From: Octopus vulgaris
Lineage: Eukaryota
Length of the DNA: 64,000 nucleotides
Direction of reading: 5' to 3'
Assembly: GCA_951406725.2 (NCBI GenBank)
Contig: OX597818.1
Coordinates: forward strand, 86,986,001-87,050,000
The notes under the pieces are model-generated. The model did no database searches and was not told the origin of the DNA. It saw only the letters and a program-made list of their open reading frames with translations. A program made the translations under genes and the position numbers. Shown one piece after another: positions 13,550-27,600 of the stretch. Numbering within the stretch: position 1 is the stretch's first letter; each line of letters begins with the position of its first letter.

Positions 13550-14100
13550 TCCACCCACTGTCATCGATAACACCTTCACCACTGCTACCATTATCACTAC
13601 CCTCCACCTGCACCACCTCCACCAACACTTTTATCATCATCAGTGCTGCCACCACCATCATCACTTAGTTACCATTTTGTGTGGGGGTGGTAGGGGCCAT
13701 GCCATTACAGCTGCCGCCAACATCATTTATCAACACCTGCATGCCCACATCATCATCATCATCATCATCACCACCTCACTACCATCATATTCCACTACAA
13801 CCACCACCTTTCTGTACCACCATCATTGCTGTCACCATTACCACCTTCATCAGTATTGCTGTCACTACTACCACCACAACCACCATCATCACTGCCCATC
13901 ATTATTATCATCACAATCATCATTGTCATCACCACCACCACCATCATCATCAATATCAACACCTCACTACAACCATAATTCACAGCACTTGTCACACCAC
14001 TACCACCATCATCATTGCTATCACCACCGCTACCTTCATCACTGTCACTACTACCACCACCATCACTGCCCTTCTTCATTATCATCACTATCATCACCCC
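13550..14100. repeat. (CAC/CAT)n low-complexity tract
   Basis: Degenerate trinucleotide repeats. Confidence 0.85.
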
Positions 14101-14495
14101 CATTTAAACAGTTGGGGTCTTTTTATATATCTTTACCAATGCTACTGTTTTGTTCTTGTTATTTAGCCAACTGCCCACCCCTTTCACTAACCCTAACCTC
14201 ATCATACCCTTGAAGTGTTGTTTAGTCTACCAGTCTTTCTCTTTAAAACACCTTTTATGTATGTTTTATGAACCCTAAGGGAGTGGATTAAAAAAAAAAT
14301 TAGGGGTTAGGGGATACTGCTTGATTTTTAATGAATTTACCAAATGTCTTTTTATGGAGCCCTCTTCTGCATGGCAGAGATCCTTGTTTGTTTCGGTGTG
14401 GTATTGACTGAGTTTGTTGTATGTTGTAGGGACTACATTAAGGGCCTTAATTAGTCTGTTGTTACATTTCTGTGTGATAATCCTTTCTACTGTGT

Positions 14496-14857
14496 AGGCG
14501 CAATGGCCCAGTGGTTAAGGTAGTGGACTTGCGGTTGTAGGATCGCGGTTTCGATTCTCAGACTGGGTGTTGTGAGTGTTTATTGAACGAAAACACCTAA
14601 AGTTCCACAAAGCTCCGGCAAGATGGAGTGGGGGAGGCGATCCCTGCTGTACTCTTTCGCATTGAACGAAAACACCTAAAGTTCCACAAAGCTCCGGCAA
14701 GATGGAGTGGGGGAGGCGATCCCTGCTGTACTCTTTCGCCACAACTTTCTCTCACTCTTTCTTCTGTTGGCCTGCTCGATCAGCCAGCAGGGTGGGATCA
14801 TTTGAAGACTAAAACAATGTGAAGCACACTGTGACCAGCCATGTGTAGCAACAATCG
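14496..14857 (+). mobile_element. tRNA-derived SINE (family D) with a 79-bp internal tandem duplication
   Basis: A/B boxes TGGCCCAGTGG and GTTTCGATTC. Homologous to the minus-strand copy at 23600-23898. Confidence 0.75.
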
Positions 14858-15311
14858 GTACTTTTTTTTTTTTTTTTTATCGAACCTGAAAGGATGAAAG
14901 GCAAAGTTGACCTTGGCAGAATTTGAACAGAACAACAGGTAAAATATTGCTAAGCATTTCGTCCAGTGTGCTAACCATTCTGCCAGCTTGCCAACTTTAC
15001 CAGCTCACTGCCTTGAAAAAGAAGAGGAAGGAGGAGGAGGAGCCCAACATTCAAAGATTGTGCTTCACCACCTTGTCCCTCACCTCTGTGAGGCCCAACT
15101 TCCGAAGATCATACTACCAGCAATGGCCACAATTACGATTTCACAGGTACATGACACCAGCAATGGCCACACTACAATTTCACTAAACATGATGAGTCTT
15201 CTCAAGCACAGCATATTTCCAAAGTGCTTATTTATTCGCATTGCTTTGAATTAATACTATATTATCTTATAGCTTTCAGATTTAAATGATGTGATAGTTT
15301 ACTTTTAGAAT

Positions 15312-15684
15312 AGCGCACGAGTGGCTGTGTGGTAAGTAGCTTGCTTACCAACCACATGGTTCCGGGTTCAGTCCCACTGCGTGGCACCTTGGGCAAGTGT
15401 CTTCTACTATAGCCTCGGGCCGACCAATGCCTTGTGAGTGGATTTGGTAGACGGAAACTGAAAGAAGCCTGTCATATATATGTGTGTGTTTGTGTGTCTG
15501 TGTTTGTCCCCCTAGCATTGCTTGACAACCGATGCTGGTGTGTTTACGTCCCTGTCACTTAGCGGTTTGGCAAAAGAAACCGATAGAATAAGTATTGGGC
15601 TTACAAAGAATAAGTCCCGGGGTCGATTTGCTCGACTAAATGCGGTGCTCCAGCATGGCCGCAATCAAATGACTGAAACAAGTT
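15312..15684 (+). mobile_element. SINE family A, near full length (tRNA-like head, CORE-like CACCTTGGGCAAGT, internal microsatellite, hairpin tail)
   Basis: More than 20 full or partial copies, e.g. 1448-1815(+), 2831-2995(+), 8895-9272(+), 42150-42545(-), 45580-45980(-), 46795-47195(-), 53147-53620(+), 53630-53970(+), 56440-56765(+), 60550-60920(+). Common tail GGTGCTCCAGCATGGCCGCAGTCAAATGACTGAAACAAGTAAAAGA. Confidence 0.9.
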
Positions 15685-16391
15685 GTTATAGTACAATTTG
15701 TTGTCGTTATTTGTAAAGTGATTTGATGTTGATTTGGCTGTTATATCTAGCATGTTGGGTAACAGCATAATGGCTTCCTCATTAATTTGAAATGTGAAGA
15801 GTTTGAAGTGAAGTGTGTAACCTTGTGTGGGTGATTAAAGTGGAGAGAGAGTTCTATTGAGAGTGAGCTAAAAAGAGTGATGTAACACTCACACAAACTG
15901 ACACACACAGACAGACAGACAGACGGGGGGAGGGAGAGATAGATTTAGAGAGAGGTATATGTGTGTGTACTTTTATAATACACGCACACATATAAAAAAA
16001 AGAGAGAGAGAAAGCTACATAGAAAGTAATAGAGAGATAAAGTGAACCTAAGAGAAAGGAACAGAAATAAAAAGTATACTTGGAAAGCAAGTGTGAATGA
16101 TAGAGAAAGCAATGTGGAGATGTTAAGAGAAGGACAGTGTGTGTGTGTGTGTGTGTGTGGTAGTTGGCGTTTTGATCACCAGAAAACATATTTTAAATAA
16201 GTTGGACACCATGGTAACAGTTTAAAATAGTTACTAAGTTATTAAATGCCAGAATGTTTTAAATAGATACACAATTTCCTCACTGAAAAAACAACATATG
16301 GAACCAAAATAAAGCATTTATTATGGAACAGCCACATCAAAACAGACTGTTAAAGGTCAGGTATGGCCGTCTATATTTAAGATTGGGAACA

Positions 16392-16422
<31 letters not shown>

Positions 16423-16856
16423 AGTGAGAGGGTGAGGGGGGTCTTTAAAACAACAGATCTTAACACACCTCACTGCAGCTACTAGTTAGCTTTGCTCATG
16501 TGAATGGTGTAATAGAAATGTAGAATTTCCGAGTCACTGGAAATCGTTGAATGATTTATTGACGCAAGAGCTGGAAATCAGTGTCCCTGAAAGCTAGCTG
16601 GGTGGTTAAAAAGTTCTCTTGCAACCATGCAGTTGTTTTAGGCTCAGTCCTAATGCGTGCCATGTCACCTTGGGCAAGTGCCTTCTGTAGCCCTGTGACT
16701 GGCCAAAGCCTTGCAAGTAGGTTTTGTAGATGGAAACTGAACGAAGCCTGTCTCGTGTGTGTATGTATTATGAAAGTAAAAAACACAAAATGAAAGAAGA
16801 CAACACAAGAAAGAGTAGTTTTTAACAAATCTATTAGTTTGATGCTTAAAAAGGAG

Positions 16857-16891
16857 TCTTGATGTTTCGGACACTAATCCTTCATCAAAAA
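16857..16891 (-). ncRNA. Decayed minimal hammerhead motif
   Basis: UUUU-UUGAUGA-A-GGA(uuagug)UCC-GAAAC-AUC-AAGA; apparent C3>U and CpG-type changes. Confidence 0.45.
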
Positions 16892-16960
16892 GAAAATATA
16901 GAAGATTAAAAAAGAGTGAAAGAAACAGTGGTTAAGGCAAAAAAAAATGATGTGTGTGTG

Positions 16961-17002
<42 letters not shown>

Positions 17003-18665
17003 CATACATACATGACCAGGACAGTTGAAATACTCCTGTCACAACCTGGGACCTTGAAGACTGCTTTAATGCAAGAAACCATACTAGTCCCTTAATATTT
17101 GATATTCAATATTTCATCTATTCAATAAGACAATCAATACTTCATTTCATTTTACTATATATACTATTTATACTATATATTCTATCCCTCTATACACAAT
17201 CATACAAACCCCTTTTTATTTATTTATATACACACACACACACACATTTATGTATATATATATATATATGTGTGTGTGTGTGAGACTTTGTATTGTCTCT
17301 CATCTGTATGTGGTTTTTTTTTTTTTTTTTTGCTGATTGTAATTAAGGGCTTCGCTAATGATCTCATTTCCTTACAATCCACTGTGAAAGCTATGTCCAA
17401 ACTTCTTGACATGCTATGTTATCTTTGTAAACAAAAGGCTCATCCACACGGTGTTGTTTGTTTCCAATTCTCCACATAAAGATGTCTACGCTGTCTACTG
17501 TTCAATAGACTGGGAGATTATCACTCTGTTCGAAATGTTTGGAGTTTGGCAACAGGAAGGGTATTTCGCAATAGCAAACCCTGTACCAATATACTCCCGC
17601 CTGGCCCGAAACAAGTATGGAAAAGTAGGTGTTAAAGTAATGATAATGTTAGGAGAGTATTGTAGTTCACTTGAAGCATTGTATATTGTTTGTAAAGAAT
17701 AAAAAGTTTTGAATGGTACAACAATGCACTATAATATAAATATACCTGTTGTAATTTAGTCATCCATAGTCTGATGATATTTTGGAATAAAATTCCTTCT
17801 TTAGATATTCTTAGATGGAGTCACTGCTTAAGTTTTACGTTAATTATTATTAATTAATCCTTTAGCATTCAGATTACTCTGTGAAATGTAATGCTTATTT
17901 ATCCACGTTGTTTTGAATTAGTTATGGATTATTTTGTGGATTTGAGATTTTGATGTGGTTTCTTTTACCTGTTTCAGTCATTAGACTGTGGCTATGTTGG
18001 GGCACCACTGTTTTTTTTTTTTAGTCAAATGAATCAACCCCAGTACTTATTTTTTAAGCCTATTACTTTATTGTTCTCTTTTGCCAAACTGCTAAGTTAC
18101 AGGGATGTAAACACAATAACACCAGTTAAGTGGTGTCGGGAGGACAGACACACACACACACACATATTTTACTGACTTCTTCCAGTTTCTATCTACCACA
18201 TCCACTCACAAGGTTTTGGTTGACCTGAGGCTATAGTAAAAGACAAGTACAAAAGGGGTGGAATTAACAACAAAAAAAAAAAAAGAAAATAAACCAAAGG
18301 GGCCCAAACCCCCAACTCCACAGTTTACAGACACACAATGTTTCCCAGGCCCTTCAAAAAGCATCCTTTAAAAATTTTGACTCCTACAATAGCCAGAGGT
18401 ACTGAACCTGGAACCATGTGGTTGGGAAGCAAACTTCTTACCACAGAGCCACTCGGGGTGGGTAGGTACGAGAGGTCGGATATGGCCAGTTCAAATGTCA
18501 AATAGTTAATCAGTGAGCTGCAGAATGTGTCCCTTGTAAATTACTACAAAAGGGAAGTTAAGCTGTACAGTGATAAAAATAGTAGCAATGTCTTCATTTA
18601 ATTGTTCCCTAAATTCTTAAAAAAAAAAAAAGAAAAGAAAGGTCACATTGGATTATGTAGTCTTA

Positions 18666-18885
18666 AGCCTTTATCATTCAGATTACTCTGTCAAATATAA
18701 TGCTTATTTAATCACATTGTTTTGAATTAATCATGTATTATCTCATAGCTTTAAAATTTTGACGATGTGATTGCATGTTTTAGAATGACATTGTCAGGTA
18801 GGTGTGAGAGGCCAGAAAAGGCTAGTTTGAACATAAGTCAGGTAGAATATTAGTGCTGGATGTGGCCAGTTTAAATGCTAAAGGA
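18666..18885. mobile_element. Second TTAA-type MITE family (CCCTTTAGCATT...AATGCTAAAGGG)
   Basis: Flanked by TTAA. Related copies at about 17855-18505 (split by a SINE), 29700-29920, 40983-41797 and 47790-47985. Confidence 0.65.
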
Positions 18886-19127
18886 TTAAATATATTGTGT
18901 CTGTGTAAAAGACAGGATGGATAATTATGGCTGGAATCACATCTCTTATATGAATGTACAAATCACTCATGCATATGTTTTGGTGTTTAAAGGCACACAC
19001 GTGTCTGCGTGGGTGTGTATAAATATAATTTACATCTATTTTTCCATGGTAGCATCATGGGTTTGATCTATATATTTATATATGCGTATATGTGTGCATG
19101 CACATGCATACACCTATATATCTATGC

Positions 19128-19590
19128 ATCATCATCATCGTTTAACGTCCGCTTTCCATACTAGCATGGGTTGGACGATTTGACTGAAGACTGGCGAACC
19201 AGATGGCTGCACCAGACTCCAATCTTGATCTGGCGGAGTTTCTACAGCTGGATGCCCTTCCTAACGCCAACCACTCTGAGAGTGTAGTGGGTGCTTTTAC
19301 GTGCCACTGGCACGAGGGCCAGTCAGGCGGTACTGGAACAGCCACACTCAAATGGTGTTTTTTACATGCCACCTGCACAGGAGCCAGTCCAGCGACACTG
19401 GCAGCGACCTCACTCGAATGTTTTTTCTTGTGCCACCAGCACAAGTGCCAGTAAGGTGACGCTGGTAACAATCACGCTCAAATGGTGCTTTTTACATGCC
19501 TCTGGCATGGAAGCCAGTTTGCTGCTCTGGCAACAATGATGCTCGGATGGTGCTTTTAGCGCTCCACTAGCACAGATGCCAGTTATTGAA
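19128..19590 (-). mobile_element. SINE family C / non-autonomous RTE-related element with a (GAT)n tail
   Basis: GTTGGCGTTAGGAAGGGCATCCAGCTGTAGAAAC (Ceph-domain / RTE 5'UTR-like, as recalled) and tail CCATGCTAGCATGGAAAGCGGACGTTAAACGATGATG. Other copies: 55200-55430(+), 56200-56400(-), 57558-57745(-), 59870-60150(+), 63230-63500(-). Confidence 0.8.
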
Positions 19591-21039
19591 TTTGATTTCG
19601 ATGTGTGTGTGTGTATATATATATATATAAATGAAGTAATTTTGGTGAAGCATTGTGTGGTATTATTATACGCATAATATATATGTATACAAATATATGT
19701 GTGTATGTATGCATACACATATACACACACATCCGAGGTTGTAGGAGTGGAATCCATGGTGCGTGTGTGCACGCACGCGCGCACGTACATAAGACGGGGG
19801 TGTCAAGATAAAGTGCTGTGTTACAGTCAGGGTGTTATAATCAAGGCGTTGGATAGACAGATAAGTGTGAAAATATCACCGGCTATAAAAGTTTAGCGCA
19901 TGGGAGGGAGGGCTAAGTTTTAAGGTGTGTGGTGTGTGTGTGTATGTGGGGGAAGCGATAACCAGGTCTTTCTTTTCTTCTTATCCCCTCGCAGTCACTC
20001 TAATGATGATGATGTGTAAAGGTGGTGGCTAAGATAAAAAAGAAAAACAGCAGAATATTTATATAAAAAGTGGTGGGTAATTGTGGGTCCACTTCTTTCA
20101 CCCCTCTCATCCTACCAACCCGGTGTTGTTTAAGTAAAAGTGTTTAAAACAGCAACAACAACAGTAGCAGCAATAACACCTTAAAAGGTTCTTTATGTAT
20201 TCTGGCTATTGTAGAGTCGAAATTTTTAGAGGATGCTTTTTGAAGGGGCTGGGAAACATTGCAGTGTATAGTGTGTCTGCAAACAGTGGAGTTGGGGGTT
20301 TAGACCCCTTGGTTTATTTTCTATTTTCTTTTTTTTTTTTGTTGTTGTTGTTAATTCCACCCTTTTCATACTTGTCTGCTTTCATACAAATATTTCACTG
20401 CACCCTTCTCTTCATCACCACCACCTCCACCACCACTACCACCATCGCCGCCATCATCATCACCAATATTGGCACTGCTACCACAACTGCTTCCACCAAC
20501 ACCATTACCATCGTTACCACCACCACCACCACTCTCTCATTCTCATCTTTTTGTTAACAAAGGTCCTGAAAGGGACACCACCCCCTTTTCAAACAAATCA
20601 CTTTTTCTTCTTAAAATGGAAGACAGAATGGGAATGGGATGGGTGGGTGAAAGTATAAACTGTCTTATATCTACCCCTGCTTGCCAAACACACACAATCT
20701 GATGTCAGTCAGCCCTTATAAACATAACAACAAAAAAAAAAGTAAAAAAGAAAAAATAACAAATATGGTTCCTTGTCTACTGCGTCACCCTTTAATTCAA
20801 ATCCTGTGCCCCGCCCCTCCCAGCCTCATTACTTCCCACCCTTAATCCTGCGCTGTCTTCAGAAAGGAACCTAAAAGCTTATCAACCTGGCACTGTGCCT
20901 CCACGCTCTACCACCAAGGTGATAAAAGTTAACTTAGCAAAAGAGGTGATGGGTGGGGGTGACAAATGAATAATAGTAATATTATTATTATTATTAATAA
21001 AAGAATATTAAAAGGCAAATATGTTCCCTTCATTTATTG

Positions 21040-21079
<40 letters not shown>

Positions 21080-21080
<1 letters not shown>

Positions 21081-21307
21081 GAAGGTGGCGAGCTGGCAGA
21101 ATTGTTAACATAGCAGGCGAAATGCTTAGTGATTTGTCTGTCTTCATGTTCTGTGTTCAAATTCTGCCAAGGTCGACTTAGCCTTTTATCCTTTTGGGTC
21201 GATAAAATAAGTACCAGTCAAGTACTGGGGGGGGGGGCAGGGGGCTAGATGTGATCAGCTATCCTCCTCCCCTCAAGTTCCAGGACTTGTGCCTAAAGTA
21301 GAAAGGA

Positions 21308-21355
<48 letters not shown>

Positions 21356-21863
21356 TGAAGGTGGTGAGCTTGCAAAACCATTACTGTGCCAGGCAAAATG
21401 CTAAGTAACATTTCGTCTGTCACTATATTCTGAATTCAAATTCTGCTGAGGTTGACTTTGCCTTTCATCCTTTCAAGGTTGATAAATCAAGTGCCAGTTG
21501 TGTACTGAAGTTGTTCTAATTGACTGGCCCCTCCCACAAAATTTTAGGCCATGTGCCTACAGTAGAAAGGATTATTATTATTATTATTATTATTTTATTA
21601 TTATTATTGTTATTATTATTATTATTAAGATGGCAAGCTGGCAGAATTGTTAGCTCACTGGACGAAATGCTTAGCAGTATTGCGTCTGTCTTCACGTTCA
21701 AATTCCACTGTGGCAGACTTTGCTTTTCATCCTTTCGGGGTTGATTAAATAAGTACGTTACACACTGGAGTCGATGTTATCGACTTAACCCCTTCCCCTA
21801 AATGTGAGGACTTGTTCTTCCATTTCTCGCCAAGTGTTTTCCGTACACCTAAGGTTATTATTA

Positions 21864-21900
<37 letters not shown>

Positions 21901-22120
21901 GACGGTGACCTGGGAGAATTGTTAGCATGCTGGGCAAAATGCTTAGTGGAATTCCCTCCCATCTTGGTTTTGAGTTCAAATTATGCCAAAGTTGACTTTA
22001 CCTTTCCTCCACTTAGGGTCAGTCGATAAAATAAGTACCAGCTGAGCACTGGGGTTGATGTAATTGACTGAACCCCCTCCCCCAAACTTACTGGCCTTAT
22101 GCCAACATTTGAAACCATTT
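21080..22120 (+). mobile_element. Four tandem family B SINEs, each embedded in (ATT)n
   Basis: Copies start at about 21081, 21357, 21627 and 21899, each immediately after an ATT run. Confidence 0.85.
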
Positions 22121-22205
22121 ATTATTATCAATATTACTCAAGGTGGTGCCTCTGCATGATTGCGTTCTAATAAAGAAGTAAAAGATAAAACATTATTATT
22201 GTTGC

Positions 22206-22268
<63 letters not shown>

Positions 22269-22481
22269 CTGGGTTCTTTTTAGACAAATGTTTTTAATCC
22301 AAGCTCTTCCTATAATGCCACCCCCGCCACACACATACACACACACACTTCACAGAATGCACCAAGCTTTCCTTTCTCACTCCAGGATTTCCCCCCACCT
22401 ACGCCAAGTTTTTTTCTGAGGTGAGTGAGAGTGGAGGGGGAGGGGTAAAGTGCGGGTGGAGTGTCTGTTGGAATCCCACCA

Positions 22482-22515
<34 letters not shown>

Positions 22516-22980
22516 CCTGTTCCCCGTGCACACACTCACACCACTGAGGAATAGGAATAAACATTTGGGTCCTCTGATGTTGCACCAGCAGCCCTCCTGC
22601 CAACACTCCCCACCAACACCCTCCCTCCCGTCCTCACGCCCTGCAAATGTTTATCTTTCCATTTCAATATCATCTTCATCATCATCAATGCAAACATTAA
22701 CATCATCATCATCATCATTAGCACCACAATCATCATCATCATTGCTGTTGTCATAGTCATCAGTTCTCATACTAAGTAAATAAAGGTGTGTTGAGCAGAT
22801 TTCTGAATTTAATCATTGCTGGTTATCAATCCCATAATGCACCACCATTCCTCCACCTTGCACTCCACCTTTCATGCTCCACAGGTAGGGTACGAATAAG
22901 AGGTTTCTTAGTGTAACTGTCCTAAATATATATTTACATGTATGTAGGTATGTATGTATATCTGTCTATATGTCTATGTT

Positions 22981-23016
<36 letters not shown>

Positions 23017-23543
23017 GATAAAGTTAATCCAAACAAGAAAGCACAAAAAAACACAACAACGCGAGGACATGGAACAAATATAGTATTATTGGACGCTCAT
23101 ATATATACACACACACACACACATATATTTATGCATATAGATAAAGATATTTGTGTATGTGTTAGTTTGAGTCAGTTTCTTGGTACCCCCCCCCCCCCCG
23201 AGTTCTAGCTGTGGGTGGGTGCACTGGGTATGCAGTTAATAACTTGCAAGAGACTTAAATAGTATCATTACTCCCTATTACAATATTGAGTGCTCTTTCT
23301 CATGGCAGTCAACACTCAACCACTGCGTGTGTGTGTGTGTACATATATATGTGTGTGTTTATATATTTATATATATATTCTTCGTGGTAATAGCGATTTG
23401 ACATCTATCTTTAGCATATTAGGTGTCCACTTTAGTGGTCATTCCTCTTAATTTTGTATGTAACACAATTTTTAATTTTCGGATTTTTTAAATATGCTAA
23501 GTCACTGGTTTTAATTGATTAATATCAATTTCTACCCTTATTA

Positions 23544-23585
<42 letters not shown>

Positions 23586-23599
23586 TATATATGTATATC

Positions 23600-23898
23600 A
23601 CGTGATCGACCAGGCTATCAGATGTTGCTACACTTCGCTGGTCACAATGCGCTTCGCATTGTTTTAGCCTTCAAATGATGCCATCCCGCTGGCTAAGCTA
23701 GCAGGCCTGCAGAAGAAAGAGTGAAAGAAAGTTGTAGCAAAAGTGTACAGCAGGGATCGCCACCACCCCCTGCCAGAGACTCGTGGAGCTTTAGGTGTTT
23801 CCGCTCAATAAACATTCACGACGCCCAGTCTGGGAATCAAAACTGCGATCCTACGACCACGAGTCCGCTGCCCTAACCACTAGGCCATTGCGCCTCCA
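23600..23898 (-). mobile_element. tRNA-derived SINE (family D)
   Basis: Reverse-complement homologue of the 14496 element, without the duplication. Confidence 0.75.
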
Positions 23899-24163
23899 CA
23901 TATAAATATTCTTTTATAGGTTTCAGCTATAAATATGTAGGTATTGATGGGCTGGTACATGTTTTTATCAGTTTGAGAATGAATCAAAAGGTTGATGTGT
24001 AGGATTTGAACTCAAAAACGTAAAGGGACATAAGCAAATACCACAAAATACTTTGCCTAATGCTCTACCATATGTGTAACACATACACACATGCACACAC
24101 TTACATGTATGTACATATATGTGTTAGGAAGGGCATCCAGTGGTAAAAAACCATGCCAAAACA

Positions 24164-24635
24164 TCATCATCATCATTGTTCGACCATGGTCAAGACAATG
24201 GAATTTACTATGTTACGCCAGACTTCACGGTCCATCATAGTATTACAGAGGTCCTGTTGCTGGATGCCTATATCCCTGGAGATTGCATCAGGGTAGGAGA
24301 ATGTGCGCCCTCTGGTATTGTAAGCAGATGGCTTCCAGAGGAGAAGAGTCTCTTTTACAATCTCTTGAACAAGCCTCAAATTGTGTAGGTCTTTACCTCA
24401 ATGAGTCCAAGACTGAATATGTAAACAAGTGCCTGTCCAACGGTGATTTCATCATCCATACTCTCAACAATACGCTCATAAATATGGTTTCTGATTACAA
24501 ATATCTTGGATCATACATATCATCACCTGAAAAAGATTTTCTAACTAGAAAGGGTATGGCCTGGTCGGCCTGTAATGATATGCATAAGATCTGGTCATCA
24601 AATCTAAGTAGAGATTTCAAACTTAAAATCTTCAA
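24164..24635. mobile_element. RTE-group-like LINE insertion with a 5' inversion
   Basis: Minus strand encodes the ORF C-terminus (TLLLWKPS...MMDREVWRNIV) plus a (GAT)n tail. Plus strand encodes an RT segment (VGLYLNESKTE...DYKYLGS...KIWSS). TSD ATGCCAAAACA at 24153-24163 and 24636-24646. Confidence 0.85.
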
Positions 24636-27600
24636 ATGCCAAAACACACAGTAAATTCTGGTTGGTCTTCTGCCCAGCCAGCTCCTGTCAAACCGTCCAA
24701 CCCATGCCAACATGGAAAGCAGACGTTAAATGATGATGATATACATATGTATGATCAGGTTTCAAAGCGGTTGTTTGTCTGCGTTAAGACTTAATCAATA
24801 AGATTATAGGGGATTTACCATAGGGAGCCAGATTTCTTTTTAACATAGAGGATGTAAAACTCTGTTCTCTCTCATTTTATTTTCTCTCCTTTCCACATTT
24901 CCCTGGCCTAAATGTTGGATTTCCCACTCCCTGTGGGAAGTTCACTGTAGCCTTTTTATGAGTTTTATCATATTTTTATCTTCTTCTAGTTTCATTCAGT
25001 AGATTATGGCCATGCTGGGGTATCGCTTTGAAGAATGTTATTTAAATGAATCAATCCCACTACTTAAAATTTTCTTTTTTTTTTTTTTTTTAAATCTGAT
25101 TCTTATTCTATCAGTCTCTTTCGCTGAACCACTAGGTTATTGTGATGTAAACACTCTAACACTTTGTCAGATGGGAGTGGAGTGAGCACAAAGACACTCA
25201 CACTCACACATACATACCTGAAGAACACAATCTATGACAAGCCGTTATCAAAATAGCCCCCTCTCAACCAACAATTTCGATATCATCTTCATGATCAATG
25301 CAAACAACATCATCATCATTACCACTGCAATCATCATCATCATTGCTGTTGTCATCGTCATCAGTTCCCATACTAAGTAAATAAAGGTGTGTTGAGCAGA
25401 TTTCTGAATTTAATTGGTGCTGGTTATCAGTCCCATCATGCACCACTATTCCTCCACCTTGCACTCCCAGTACTTAAAATTTTCTTTTTTTTAAAAAAAA
25501 GTCTGATACTTATTCTATTAGTCTCTGTTGCTGAACCACTAGGTTACAGGGACGTAAACACACTAACACTTTGTCAAATGGTGGTGGAGTGGGCACAAAG
25601 ACACACACACTCACACATATATATATAAATGACATTTAAAAACATTTCATGATTAAAGGCCAATCATTACTCTACTCCACTATCTGTGCACATACTTCAA
25701 TTGCAGAATTTCTACATAGTCACCCGGCTTGCAAGAAATAGCTACCAAGTTAACTCAAATTTTCCCTTACCTTAGTCAATATAATCCTAGATGTGATGTT
25801 GTTTAGCCTTAATCAAGCAGAGCTATGATTAAAAGCATTCCAGCAGTTTTTTTTTTTTTCCTATGACTTCTTTTAGTTTCTGTCTTTTATTCGTTTGTCA
25901 TTTGACTGCGGCCATGCTGGAACACCGCCTTTAGTCAAGCAAATTGATACTTATTCTATCGGGCTCTCTTGCTGAGCCACTAAGTGACGGGACGTAAACA
26001 CACCAGCATCAGTCGTCAAGTGATGTTGTGGGGACAAACACAGACCAACAAACATATACATATATATATGACAGGCTTCTTTCAGTTTCCGTCTACCAAA
26101 TCCACTTACAAGGCTTTGGTCAGCTCCAGGCTTTAATAGAAGACACTTGCCCAAGCCACCACACAGTGGGACTGAACCCAGAACCATATGGTTGGTAAGC
26201 AAGCTACTTACCACACAACTAAATCCACTCACAAGACTTTGGTTCGAGGCTATAGTCAAAGACACTTGTCCAAAGTGTCATGCAGTGTGACTGAAGCTAG
26301 AATCATGTGGTTCAAAAGCAAGCATCTTACCACACATCCACACCTGCACTTATACACACATACATACGGTGGGCTTCTTTCAGTTTCCTTCTACCAAATT
26401 CACTCATAAAACTTTCGTTGGCCCAGACCTAAAGTGTGATACCACTTGCCGAAGGTATCACACAGAGGGACTAATCCTGAACCCCTGTGATTGGGAACCA
26501 AACTTAACCTACACCAATATATGCTCTTTAATAATAATATATATTCCATTTCCATTACATAATGCTCAAAGGAATTATCTCTTTTTTGTTATCCTGTTCT
26601 CTGTCACACTACATCTTTTCAACACTACTACAAAATTGAATATTTTGTTGGTTTCTTTTTATAAACATGCACATATACATTTACTTTGCATACATGTGCA
26701 TTAGCATGCATTTGCACTTGTACCACCCTAAATTGCAAACACCCCGCAACTAGCTCTCCTGCCTGCCCCACCAAAAAAATTGAAGACCTACAAATCTTTT
26801 TTGATTTAACAAAAGCTGAACTTCTTTCTAAATGCCCTTAGAGCGTAAAATGCCAAGAGGTTAGCAAGTATGTGGTTAGCAAATAGCACAAGATTAGTAG
26901 TAAACATACAGTTTTTGCTAATTGTAGACACATGATAATCTTCACTTAATTACTGGCGCCACCTTTTTTATTTTAATTTTATTTTTTTGTCTTTTTATCT
27001 TTACCAATTTTATATCTTAGTTTTTCATTTTTGATTTTTATTTCTGATTCTGCTAACAAAAAGCTTTGTTGTTGTTTATATAGTTTTTTTATTTATTATT
27101 TAATTATTTATCTTATTGTTGCAACATCATCCATTATTGGTTATCGAGCTGTTTTACAAGCAAAGAGAAAGTAAAAAGATGCAGAAAAAAAATTTATTTA
27201 TTTTTTTTTGCCTTTCAAACACCTACTGTTAAGTTACTATTATTACACACACACACACACACACACAATTAAATAATATACACACATCCACAACAGCGAC
27301 AAGGAAAAACTCTCTTAAAATAAACAAATAGTTTGTGTTTTTGTTGTTATTTGTTCTGGGGTTTTTTTTTGGTGCTGTGTTGTTTGTTGTTGTATTGTTT
27401 GTTGCTCAATCAAAAATGGTTTTATTGTGTCTTTTAAACGATTCTTTAATGGGATTGTTTTTGTAAACCATTAATTTTTGTTGGCTTAAAAATTCTCATC
27501 AATTCTTATATATATATATATACACATACTTAAAAACGCACACAGATGTACATAGCTACACATGGACACATTTTTGTGTGTATGTATATGTGTATATATA

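Noticed and set aside
13491-14213. His/Thr-rich ORFs (also 27966-28487)
   Set aside because: Degenerate CAC/CAT trinucleotide repeats open in several frames.
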